From a virus (taxonomy: Duplodnaviria > Caudoviricetes), in the IMG/VR virus record IMGVR_UViG_3300011337_000295, positions 1 through 33,267 of that record: a stretch of 33,267 bases of DNA. The stretch is one strand, 5' to 3'. The notes beneath the pieces are model-generated. The model saw only the letters and a program-made list of their open reading frames with translations, did no database searches and was not told the origin of the DNA. The translations under genes were made by a program, and so were the position numbers. How positions within the stretch are numbered: position 1 is the stretch's first letter; the number at the start of each line of letters is the position of its first letter. Positions 26,179-33,167 of the stretch are shown piece by piece.

Positions 26179-26872
26179 ATCCGTTTTCCCTTATCAGTCT
26201 CTTGCCCATCTCAATGGCTGTTTCTTTTCTCGCAGGTTGCGTAGCAATCCGCTCGGATGCCCGCCTTATCCAGTTTCGCCAGGTCGATTGCCAGTTTGTT
26301 TTGCTCCCTTTGGCTCCCGCTTGGGCTATCCAGTAGTCTCTGAATATGTCCGCTTCTCTCCGGTAATCTACATCTAGCGAGATTGCAAAATCAATATCGG
26401 TATCACTCGGCTGCCAATCGTCAGGCAATCGCGAAGCGAGTGCTATAACTTTCTTTCTTACTGTATGGTTCTGGTTCTGGTTGTGGTTAGCATTGCTTTT
26501 GGATTGCTCAGGCAATGCATTTGCATCTTGCTCATCCAACGTTTCCAATGGCTTAACCGTGTCTGTCGCGTTCCATCTTTTCTCTGCCGCTAGTCTCATC
26601 TTTTGACTTTTGGTAGCGACTAAAGACAGTTCTTTGTCGATGCGTTTATGTCTACCGTCCTTAAAAAACTCCAAGATTGTCGGCCCATGCGTTGACCACT
26701 GCTTGGTTGTCATCCTGGAAATTCTGGATAATTTAAGTGCATCAGATGGTATCGAACCTGTGCGCCAGTAGTGTGATATCAAGAGTAGATATCCACCATG
26801 TTCGATTGCAGTAAGATGCTGTGTATCACCGTGATAATCGCCCCAATATATGGGCATAAATGGTATAGACAT
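26111..26872 (-). CDS. Replication initiator, DUF1376/YdaU family
   Basis: Start MSIPFMPIYWGDYHGDTQHLTAIEHGGYLLLI..YW after GGAGA RBS; low-complexity linker; C-terminal 'RLPDDWQPS...FRDYW...W.STWRNWIRR'. Confidence 0.87.
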   Translation of the reverse strand: MSIPFMPIYWGDYHGDTQHLTAIEHGGYLLLISHYWRTGSIPSDALKLSRISRMTTKQWSTHGPTILEFFKDGRHKRIDKELSLVATKSQKMRLAAEKRWNATDTVKPLETLDEQDANALPEQSKSNANHNQNQNHTVRKKVIALASRLPDDWQPSDTDIDFAISLDVDYRREADIFRDYWIAQAGAKGSKTNWQSTWRNWIRRASERIATQPARKETAIEMGKRLIRENGYEQNTGYTIDHDPVVSLPRQQS

Positions 26873-26885
26873 AAAGGCTCTCCAC

Positions 26886-26990
26886 TTGATGCGGAGGCAA
26901 TGAGCGGGTAAATTCCTCTCTGTTGCCAACGCTCGTACCGTTGGTAAAGAACCCGTCCGGTTCATAGCTGGGCGGGTTCAACTATTTAAT
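26886..26990 (+). ncRNA. Candidate antisense RNA (promoter plus two hairpins) opposite the initiator leader
   Basis: TTGATG-N17-TAAATT (26886-26914); 9-bp stem 26923-26947 and 12-bp stem 26949-26979. Both stems pair fully only on the plus strand, through G-U pairs. Confidence 0.6.
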
Positions 26991-26994
26991 ACCA

Positions 26995-27495
26995 CTAACG
27001 GTTAGCTGCATCCATTCTTATTTTATGCTGACGGCAACCGTGGATGACAGTCGTATGATCCCGACCGCCGAGCAGCCTTCCTATTCTAGGCATTGAGTAG
27101 TCTGTCTCTTGCCGCAGTCGATAGCAGATCTCATGTCGGCATAGCACCGTCTCTCTGTCACGACGACCAGCCGTCATGTCTCGCCAGAAAGCACGATGCT
27201 TTAACAGAACCTCGGCAATGATGCGCCTTGGCTTGTCTGGGCATGAACACCCGCGAATGTAGGGGGACGCCTGACGCCAGAAAATTATGTCTTCTTCGCT
27301 TGTCGGGTCTGAGGATACAAAGAGCCAGTCTCGTATCATCTGGTCAGTGGCGGTGAACTTATCTTCGATTACTGGTTGCGCTATCGCAACTGGCTCTGGT
27401 TGCATTATCGCAACTGGTTGGGCATAAGCGGCTGCCGAGAACCTAGCTAATCGTTCCTTATGTGCCTCATGTAATGTCTGTCTCAGGGATTGCAT
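26995..27495 (-). CDS. DnaA C-terminal (domain IV) HTH-containing protein
   Basis: 'GRRDRETVLCRHEICYRLRQETDYSMPRIGRLLGGRDHTTVIHG' contains the DnaA signature. Confidence 0.88.
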   Translation of the reverse strand: MQSLRQTLHEAHKERLARFSAAAYAQPVAIMQPEPVAIAQPVIEDKFTATDQMIRDWLFVSSDPTSEEDIIFWRQASPYIRGCSCPDKPRRIIAEVLLKHRAFWRDMTAGRRDRETVLCRHEICYRLRQETDYSMPRIGRLLGGRDHTTVIHGCRQHKIRMDAANR

Positions 27496-27829
27496 TTATT
27501 ATTACCTTTATTTGTTTTCCACAGTTTTTCCACAGGGCTGTTAATTTAATACAGTCACTATCATCTCTGATTGCACCAGACTGGGTGAGCAAATCAAACA
27601 ATGCTTTCAAGTGGTTATCTAAATCACGCCTTCGTTTATCTGGTCGCTCTATCTCGAAAGTTACTTCAAACGGGCCACAGATTTTTTCAAATGCGTCTGC
27701 CTGTAACTTTGTTTTTTCAGTATTTTCTGCCAACCATTCTCGGTAGATCTTTGACTTGATTACACCTCGACCAGGTACGGCACGGAACAACTGATTAGCT
27801 GATGGTGGTCGTTGGATAATGAGTATCAT
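27467..27829 (-). CDS. rusA: RusA-family Holliday junction resolvase
   Basis: 'PPSAN', 'RPDKRRRDLDNHLKALFDLL', 'GAIRDDS'. Confidence 0.92.
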   Translation of the reverse strand: MILIIQRPPSANQLFRAVPGRGVIKSKIYREWLAENTEKTKLQADAFEKICGPFEVTFEIERPDKRRRDLDNHLKALFDLLTQSGAIRDDSDCIKLTALWKNCGKQIKVIINAIPETDIT

Positions 27830-27849
27830 TTGAACTCTTTAGGAAGATT

Positions 27850-27883
27850 GACCGAGGTAACTGGGGAGGTTGTTACCTCGGTC
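27850..27883. promoter_or_regulatory. Perfect 12-bp inverted repeat between the cro-like gene and rusA
   Basis: GACCGAGGTAAC-N10-GTTACCTCGGTC; no U tract on either side. Confidence 0.65.
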
Positions 27884-27916
27884 TGTACCCATCATCACAG
27901 CGTAGTTATTCAAGCA

Positions 27917-28117
27917 TCAAAAACCGTGCATGGCAAGCAATTTCTCCGCAGTCATTGGATACTTTGAAGATGCACACAGCTCTAATACTTTCCGCCATTG
28001 CTTCAGTGGTATCACATTGTTCCTAGCCCAGTAGGCCGGAGCAGCGGGTGTCAGGTTAAGTTCACGGGCCACAAATGACGGCCCGCCAAGGTCTTGGATC
28101 AGTTCCCAAATGGTCAT
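27917..28117 (-). CDS. Cro-like transcriptional regulator
   Basis: 66 aa; 'LIQDLGGPSFVARELNL.....YW..NNVIP..QW' Cro-type HTH. Confidence 0.82.
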   Translation of the reverse strand: MTIWELIQDLGGPSFVARELNLTPAAPAYWARNNVIPLKQWRKVLELCASSKYPMTAEKLLAMHGF

Positions 28118-28455
28118 ACTTTAAAATCCCTATGTATCCACACAATGTGGTTGCGGTTGTTGCGAGCAAGGTGCTTCACTCGGTTGCCGTTATCGACGAT
28201 GTAGCCAAGTCTCGTCAGGTCTGCTCTGCGTGAGCGGTATGTAGATGTTTCGCAATCAAGATCAATTGCGAGTTGGATGTCAGTGAACCCTGCATAGCCT
28301 TGATCGTAGGCGTACCGCAGGACTTCGAGAGCAATCGCAGACAGGCTCGGATGCACGGATCTTGCTGCCTCAATAGATGTCTCTCGTGAATTTCTGCGGT
28401 ACATAAAACGCTGATTGATTTTTGATACTTCTGTTAACTCGTTGATAAGGCTCAT
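28114..28455 (-). CDS. Winged-helix DNA-binding protein
   Basis: 'RETSIEAARSV...GFTDIQL...STYRSRRADL...GYIVDNG.R'; CAGGAG RBS. Confidence 0.72.
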   Translation of the reverse strand: MSLINELTEVSKINQRFMYRRNSRETSIEAARSVHPSLSAIALEVLRYAYDQGYAGFTDIQLAIDLDCETSTYRSRRADLTRLGYIVDNGNRVKHLARNNRNHIVWIHRDFKV

Positions 28456-28488
28456 TATTATCTCCTGATTTCATTTTTCAACATAATC

Positions 28489-28538
28489 AATCTATCATAA
28501 AAAAATTGTTTGACAAGAGATTTTTTATCATCTAGGTT
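28489..28538. promoter_or_regulatory. Overlapping divergent promoters
   Basis: Plus strand TTGACA-N17-TAGGTT (28510-28538); minus strand TTGTCA-N16-TAGATT with TGn extension (28516-28489). Confidence 0.68.
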
Positions 28539-28566
28539 TCAATGGTCGAGCAAAAAGGAGGTAATA

Positions 28567-28731
28567 ATGATTACGCTTTACGATCTAGCAGACACGCTTA
28601 CGATATTGACTAAGGCTATCGAGCGATATCATCACTACCCATCAGAAGAGAACTGGAACAGCGTGCTTATGGCTACCGAGATAGCAAACAAAAATCTTAT
28701 TTTAGTATACCCAGAGGAAGTAGATCTATGA
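28567..28731 (+). CDS. Hypothetical protein (54 aa)
   Basis: AAGGAGG RBS before MITLYDLADTL; ATGA overlap with erf. Confidence 0.75.
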   Translation: MITLYDLADTLTILTKAIERYHHYPSEENWNSVLMATEIANKNLILVYPEEVDL

Positions 28732-29354
28732 CCGAGATACCAAGTAATAAGTTGATCACTGCAATGCACGGCGTACAGGGTGCGCTGACTGGCGTGAAGC
28801 GTGACAGCAGCAATCCTCACTTCAAGAACCGTTATGCGTCTCTAGAGTCCGTCATTGACGCATTAAGGCCGCATCTACAGGCTAACGGGCTGATCGTAAC
28901 ACAGGCACCAGGTCGGATGACCGAGCATGGCTGTCTTGAAGTCACGACTACTATCTCGCACATCTCTGGGCAGTCGATGACGACACGGTTCGAGATACCA
29001 CTGACAAAGCGGGATGCCCAAGGTGCTGGCTCTGCTATCACCTATGCCTCTCGCTACTCGTTGATGAGCCTGTTCATGCTGCCACCAACGGATGACGATG
29101 GCGAGGGTGCTATCGACCGTCCTAATCGGGTTGTTTCAGAGGTTCCAACTGCCCCTACAAAAAGCAGCAATGGCATCAAGAAGGATAACCCCGACCGTTG
29201 GAAGCAGGTAGAGCGGCTGATCAGGGATGCGACTACCAAGGATATGCTGCGTGACCTAAAGGTCGGCCTGATTGACGAGGTTAAAGACTGGCCTGTCGCA
29301 TGGCGGGAAGCCCTTAACGAAGAGTACTCCAAGCGTTACGAGGAACTTGCATGA
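28728..29354 (+). CDS. erf: ERF-family single-strand annealing recombinase
   Basis: 'KRDSSNPHFKNRYASLESV' and 'DAQGAGSAITYASRYSL...DDDG'. Confidence 0.92.
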   Translation: MTEIPSNKLITAMHGVQGALTGVKRDSSNPHFKNRYASLESVIDALRPHLQANGLIVTQAPGRMTEHGCLEVTTTISHISGQSMTTRFEIPLTKRDAQGAGSAITYASRYSLMSLFMLPPTDDDGEGAIDRPNRVVSEVPTAPTKSSNGIKKDNPDRWKQVERLIRDATTKDMLRDLKVGLIDEVKDWPVAWREALNEEYSKRYEELA

Positions 29355-29728
29355 CAAAGTGGACTGATCAGGACAGGCAAAATGTTCTGGATCTTTTCAA
29401 GAAGTTTGGATCACAAGCACAGGTATGCCGGATCACTGGCGTACCATACTCCACAGTCGGAGAGTGGGTGAACCAAGACATAAAGAACAGAGACAACCCA
29501 CAGAGAGAGTTTCAATCCCTATCGCAGTCGAATGAGGAAGAGTTCAAGAAACAGCGAGACAGGATTGTCAAGGAACTAGCTGAGGGCAATGATGTAACTC
29601 TATACGGCAAGCCACCAACAGGGCGATCAGCCCTTGAACAAAAGAAAAAGGAACAGGCAAGTGAATCACAAAGACATTCTTACTCAATCTCTCAGTATTA
29701 TAGAGGCCCGCCATCAGGATTACGGTGA
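29351..29728 (+). CDS. HTH-domain protein
   Basis: 'SQAQVCRITGVPYSTVGEWV'; 'GKPPTGRSALEQK'. Confidence 0.72.
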   Translation: MTKWTDQDRQNVLDLFKKFGSQAQVCRITGVPYSTVGEWVNQDIKNRDNPQREFQSLSQSNEEEFKKQRDRIVKELAEGNDVTLYGKPPTGRSALEQKKKEQASESQRHSYSISQYYRGPPSGLR

Positions 29729-30017
29729 TGCGAGTTCATCATTCACAAGGGCGGCGACTATTGCTGGCACAATTCTAGGCAAAAATATTTCTGCGTATGA
29801 TGTATCGGTTGTGATGATGGCTGTGAAGCTAGCTAGGATTGCTAACCAAAGGACGCATCAGGACAGTTGGATTGATCTGGCTGCCTATGTCGGGTTCGCA
29901 GGGCAGTTCGCCGAGACTAAGTTACCGGATGCTGCGAAGGCAACACAGTTGCAGGTTGTTCTGTCTGATCTAGATGACCAGATTGCTACATCAGTCCGCA
30001 ACTCTATGAAGAAATGA
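29661..30017 (+). CDS. DUF6378-like protein
   Basis: 'RHQDYGD...F.RAA...VSVVMMAVKLAR...HQDSWIDLAAY'; GTG start after AAGGA. Confidence 0.8.
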   Translation: MNHKDILTQSLSIIEARHQDYGDASSSFTRAATIAGTILGKNISAYDVSVVMMAVKLARIANQRTHQDSWIDLAAYVGFAGQFAETKLPDAAKATQLQVVLSDLDDQIATSVRNSMKK

Positions 30018-30298
30018 TCGACCCATTCACGGTACTAGGCCCGATTGCTTTGCTAGTTATTGGCACGGCAGTCGGGATAGCCACAAACGCATTGGTGTTA
30101 CACATGAAACAACAGACGATGACGGATCAATGGAAGAAGGCATACATGGATATGCAGAACCAGTTGGCTGCCGAGAGGCTACGCATGGATGACTTGCGTG
30201 TGAAGATTAATAACGCATTGGATCTTGAAGAAGCTAATGCCGAAGACAACGAAGTCATGATGACGATACACGACAGGATTAGGGAGTTATTAAAGTGA
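30014..30298 (+). CDS. Membrane-anchored coiled-coil protein
   Basis: N-terminal hydrophobic helix, charged helical tail; overlaps both neighbours by 4 nt. Confidence 0.72.
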   Translation: MIDPFTVLGPIALLVIGTAVGIATNALVLHMKQQTMTDQWKKAYMDMQNQLAAERLRMDDLRVKINNALDLEEANAEDNEVMMTIHDRIRELLK

Positions 30299-30528
30299 CT
30301 GACATTGTTGAACGGCTGCGAACTGTTGACATCAGTTGGAGCCAAGAAGGTGAGTGGTGTGCCGAGGCAGCAGATGAAATCATCAAGCTACGGGAAGACA
30401 AGAAACTAGCCTTTGAATTGATGGACGTTTTTATCAAAGAAACCAATCGAGTAAAGAAAGTGCTTCACCGGATTGCAAAGATGCAGTCAGCACAGAAAAT
30501 TGCACAAGACGCACTGGAGAAAGAGTGA
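30295..30528 (+). CDS. Array gene 1 (DIVERLR / AADEI / ALEKE type)
   Basis: 77 aa; shares motifs with downstream paralogs. Confidence 0.78.
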   Translation: MTDIVERLRTVDISWSQEGEWCAEAADEIIKLREDKKLAFELMDVFIKETNRVKKVLHRIAKMQSAQKIAQDALEKE

Positions 30529-30734
30529 TGGATATCGTTGAACGGTTGCGGAACGGTTGCACCTGTAATTTTGAATCAACGCCCTGCGGGGCTGAGGAAG
30601 AATGTCGCAACGCATTTGATGGAGCCGACGAGATCGAGCGGTTGCGGAAAGCGTTGAAGAAAATCTGTTATGTCACTGGGTCAGATATGGAAGCATACGA
30701 CATTGCTGAAAATGCACTAAAGGGGGGAAAGTGA
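30525..30734 (+). CDS. Array gene 2 (DIVERLR / ADEIERLR type, Cys-rich insert)
   Basis: 69 aa; begins within the linker repeat. Confidence 0.78.
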   Translation: MMDIVERLRNGCTCNFESTPCGAEEECRNAFDGADEIERLRKALKKICYVTGSDMEAYDIAENALKGGK

Positions 30735-31000
30735 TGGACGCCATTAAAGAACTCAAAGAGTACGATGGATACATATTGTCTGAGCAATACAAGATAAGGC
30801 ATCGTGTGATCCAAGAAATTAAGCAGTTGCGGTTAGCTAACTCAGACCTCCAAATGCACTATGATCATGCGAGAACTGAATGCGATAAGTTGCTGGAAGT
30901 TTTGAAAGAATTGGAGTGGCAGTTGAAAAATCAATTATACGATGCAGCTTACGAAACAGTTATTCATACCTTATGGCCTCAACTGAAGGAGAAAGAGTGA
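30731..31000 (+). CDS. Array gene 3 (coiled coil, ends LKEKE)
   Basis: 89 aa with 'EIKQLR' block; linker-bounded. Confidence 0.75.
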   Translation: MMDAIKELKEYDGYILSEQYKIRHRVIQEIKQLRLANSDLQMHYDHARTECDKLLEVLKELEWQLKNQLYDAAYETVIHTLWPQLKEKE

Positions 31001-31092
31001 TGATGGATTTGTTGTTTTATATTGGAACAGCAGTAATTTGCATCTCGCCTCTACTACTGGGAATCATGATAACTCGTAAGGAGAAAGAGTGA
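31000..31092 (+). CDS. Array gene 4: 30-aa membrane peptide; absent from the ORF track
   Basis: MMDLLFYIGTAVICISPLLLGIMITRKEKE*; bounded by two exact linker copies. Confidence 0.75.
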   Translation: MMDLLFYIGTAVICISPLLLGIMITRKEKE

Positions 31093-31295
31093 TGGAAGAA
31101 AAAGAATTGACAGCCGCTCAATATTGGGAAGCACAAGCCTCAATGTGGCATGAAAACTACAAAGATGCTTTAAAGTATGAATTGGATCATGCAACATTCA
31201 AAGAGGCATTGGAGCGTCTGACATCAGGCAAGTGGCCAGCAGATCGAGCTAGGCTTATTGCAGAGAAAGCGTTGAACAATAGAAAGGTACAGTGA
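31089..31295 (+). CDS. Array gene 5
   Basis: 68 aa; 'EALERL...IAEKAL' C-terminal block. Confidence 0.75.
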   Translation: MMEEKELTAAQYWEAQASMWHENYKDALKYELDHATFKEALERLTSGKWPADRARLIAEKALNNRKVQ

Positions 31296-31525
31296 TGGCA
31301 TACACTAGTCCAGAAGTCGAAGAGCGATTTATGGAAGATATTGTAGATAGGTTGCGCGTTCTTAACTTCATGGGGCCGTGGAAAGAAGCGGCTGACGAGA
31401 TTGAGCGGTTGCGGGGAGTTCTTTTGACAGTACTGGAAGCCTGTGAAGATGTGAACAGCCCTGATCGGAAGGTGCGCGAAGAGATTACGAGAACGGTCCG
31501 TAAAGCACTCAAGGAGAAAGAGTGA
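31292..31525 (+). CDS. Array gene 6 (DIVDRLR / AADEIERLR / ALKEKE type)
   Basis: 77 aa; all three shared motifs present. Confidence 0.78.
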   Translation: MMAYTSPEVEERFMEDIVDRLRVLNFMGPWKEAADEIERLRGVLLTVLEACEDVNSPDRKVREEITRTVRKALKEKE

Positions 31526-31590
31526 TGGATTACGATATGACCATACACCACAATGCGGCATGGGCCGCAGCGGCAGAGAAGGGAGCGTGA
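31525..31590 (+). CDS. Array gene 7: 21-aa mini-ORF or deletion remnant
   Basis: MDYDMTIHHNAAWAAAAEKGA* starts in the linker at 31525 and ends 1 nt before the next ATG. Confidence 0.5.
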   Translation: MDYDMTIHHNAAWAAAAEKGA

Positions 31591-31591
31591 G

Positions 31592-31957
31592 ATGCGTGAA
31601 TTTCCACCAAGATATCCGTCTGTTCCCACCATAACGACTAATAGGACTCCAGTTGGCAACACAGATGCTAATCAGAAACCTATGCTGATCGATGATTTTA
31701 GCACAAATGAACCGCCTTTATCTTGGATGATGTTTGAACAGGCTAATTTGCGAAAACAACTCGTTGAACTCAATAACCAACTTGCCGAGGCAAAGGCTAA
31801 GATCGTGCGGTTGCGGGAAGCACTTCGGGAAATTTATGAAGTGTATGCGGGGTCTGAAGGAATACCTCAACCCATGTCCGCAGCGGAGGGTTACCTGTTA
31901 TCGCTTCTTATGGAAGTTGTGAAGATTGCACAAAAAGCACTGAAGGAGAAAGAGTGA
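31592..31957 (+). CDS. Array gene 8 (coiled coil, ends ALKEKE)
   Basis: Likely start MREFPPRYP after GGGAG; 'KIVRLREALREI...IAQKALKEKE'. Confidence 0.75.
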   Translation: MREFPPRYPSVPTITTNRTPVGNTDANQKPMLIDDFSTNEPPLSWMMFEQANLRKQLVELNNQLAEAKAKIVRLREALREIYEVYAGSEGIPQPMSAAEGYLLSLLMEVVKIAQKALKEKE

Positions 31958-32238
31958 TGGGTGATACAATTATTGAAATCGAAGAACTTGATCTGCCACT
32001 GATAGACAAGACTATCTATGACATCAAAGCCTATGTTGTCTTTGACAGAGAAGCAGAAATCATTTGGTATCTGGATGCAATCGTTTGGGATGGCAACACC
32101 TTGGAATGGGACGGGGCTACGACACTACGTAGTAATGATCTTAGTAAAATGATCTGGGATCGTGTAAATGCCTATATTGAACCAGAAGCATTTTTAGCAG
32201 CCCATGATCATTTCCTAGACGAAGAGCACGATTATTAA
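31954..32238 (+). CDS. Last array gene, acidic hypothetical protein
   Basis: 94 aa; starts in the final linker; its stop overlaps the stop of the convergent gene (TTAA). Confidence 0.75.
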   Translation: MMGDTIIEIEELDLPLIDKTIYDIKAYVVFDREAEIIWYLDAIVWDGNTLEWDGATTLRSNDLSKMIWDRVNAYIEPEAFLAAHDHFLDEEHDY

Positions 32239-33167
32239 AGGACGTGCTTACCTCTGAAGACTGGCTCACCATTGATCAGTTCACACATCTCTGGCGGCAT
32301 AAGCACACCGTCAATGAACGACAACACTAGGAATCCCGGCTGCGCTCGGCTTGGGGTTCCCTCACCATACTCAAAGCACTTGTGAGACGGATCACCGAGC
32401 ATACCATCCTCAATGCCCCAGTGGGTTCCATTGCGATTGCGAACCGCTGTCACCTGCAACTGATGGGTGTGACCAGTGATGGTCGTTATGCCAGAGTGCA
32501 GGGCATTGTTCCATCCTGCATGGATGCCAGACCTGAAGCGGTGGCGGATCTCTACGCCATTGATGTTGACCGCCCAGCAGAACTCCCATGTCGGGAACCT
32601 ATCAGAGATGCGACCTGCATAATCATCAAGCTCAGGTGCATTGTTAGCTAGGTAGTGATCAACACGCTGGTCATGGTTACCCATTGTCCAGACCCTGTGC
32701 TTTGATGGCTTTAACTTGGCTATCCAATTAGTAGCTGTGTCTATCTCAGCAGATAGTTTAGGAGCACGAGCATTCAATAGAGAACCGTGACGACTTACCC
32801 TTGCTCCGTCTAGGATGTCACCATTGAGAACTATGATGTCAGGCTTCAGCTCATGGCTGATAGCAACGAACGCCTTCATCATTACAGTCTCTGGGCCAGG
32901 CCAGATGTGGGCATCCGAACCAACCATCACAACGCAATTATCTAATGTGATCTCTAGTTGCTGTGGGTATGTCCATTCTGCGGACGGCTCAAGTTCAATT
33001 TGCGCGAAGATCTCAGGGTACATTACCTTGGCAATGTCTACCCTTGTCTGGATAGTCGTCCTTGGGATCTTTGATATTTTGCTACTAAGAACATAACTCT
33101 TGTTGCATCTGTACCAGAGACGCACAGCGTCCATAGCGACGTCCTTAGACAACTTCTTATTAGGCAT
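32235..33167 (-). CDS. Calcineurin-like metallophosphoesterase with N-terminal HTH-like segment (310 aa)
   Basis: Motifs SDAH, NGDILD, GNHD, H and GHTH; true start MPNKKL overlaps the endolysin stop (TAATG). Confidence 0.9.
   Translation of the reverse strand: MPNKKLSKDVAMDAVRLWYRCNKSYVLSSKISKIPRTTIQTRVDIAKVMYPEIFAQIELEPSAEWTYPQQLEITLDNCVVMVGSDAHIWPGPETVMMKAFVAISHELKPDIIVLNGDILDGARVSRHGSLLNARAPKLSAEIDTATNWIAKLKPSKHRVWTMGNHDQRVDHYLANNAPELDDYAGRISDRFPTWEFCWAVNINGVEIRHRFRSGIHAGWNNALHSGITTITGHTHQLQVTAVRNRNGTHWGIEDGMLGDPSHKCFEYGEGTPSRAQPGFLVLSFIDGVLMPPEMCELINGEPVFRGKHVL

Larger units (their letters stand above)
30516..31960 (+). repeat. Dispersed repeated gene linker (AA)GGAGAAAGAGTGATG
   Basis: Copies at 30516-30531, 30986-31002, 31078-31095, 31511-31528 and 31943-31960; degenerate copies near 30719-30737 and 31281-31298. 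Each provides RBS, stop and start. Confidence 0.92.

Noticed and set aside
30516-31960. CRISPR array or attC-type integron cassettes
   Set aside because: Repeats are 15-18 bp, non-palindromic and irregularly spaced around intact ORFs. There are no attC-like inverted repeats and no tyrosine integrase.
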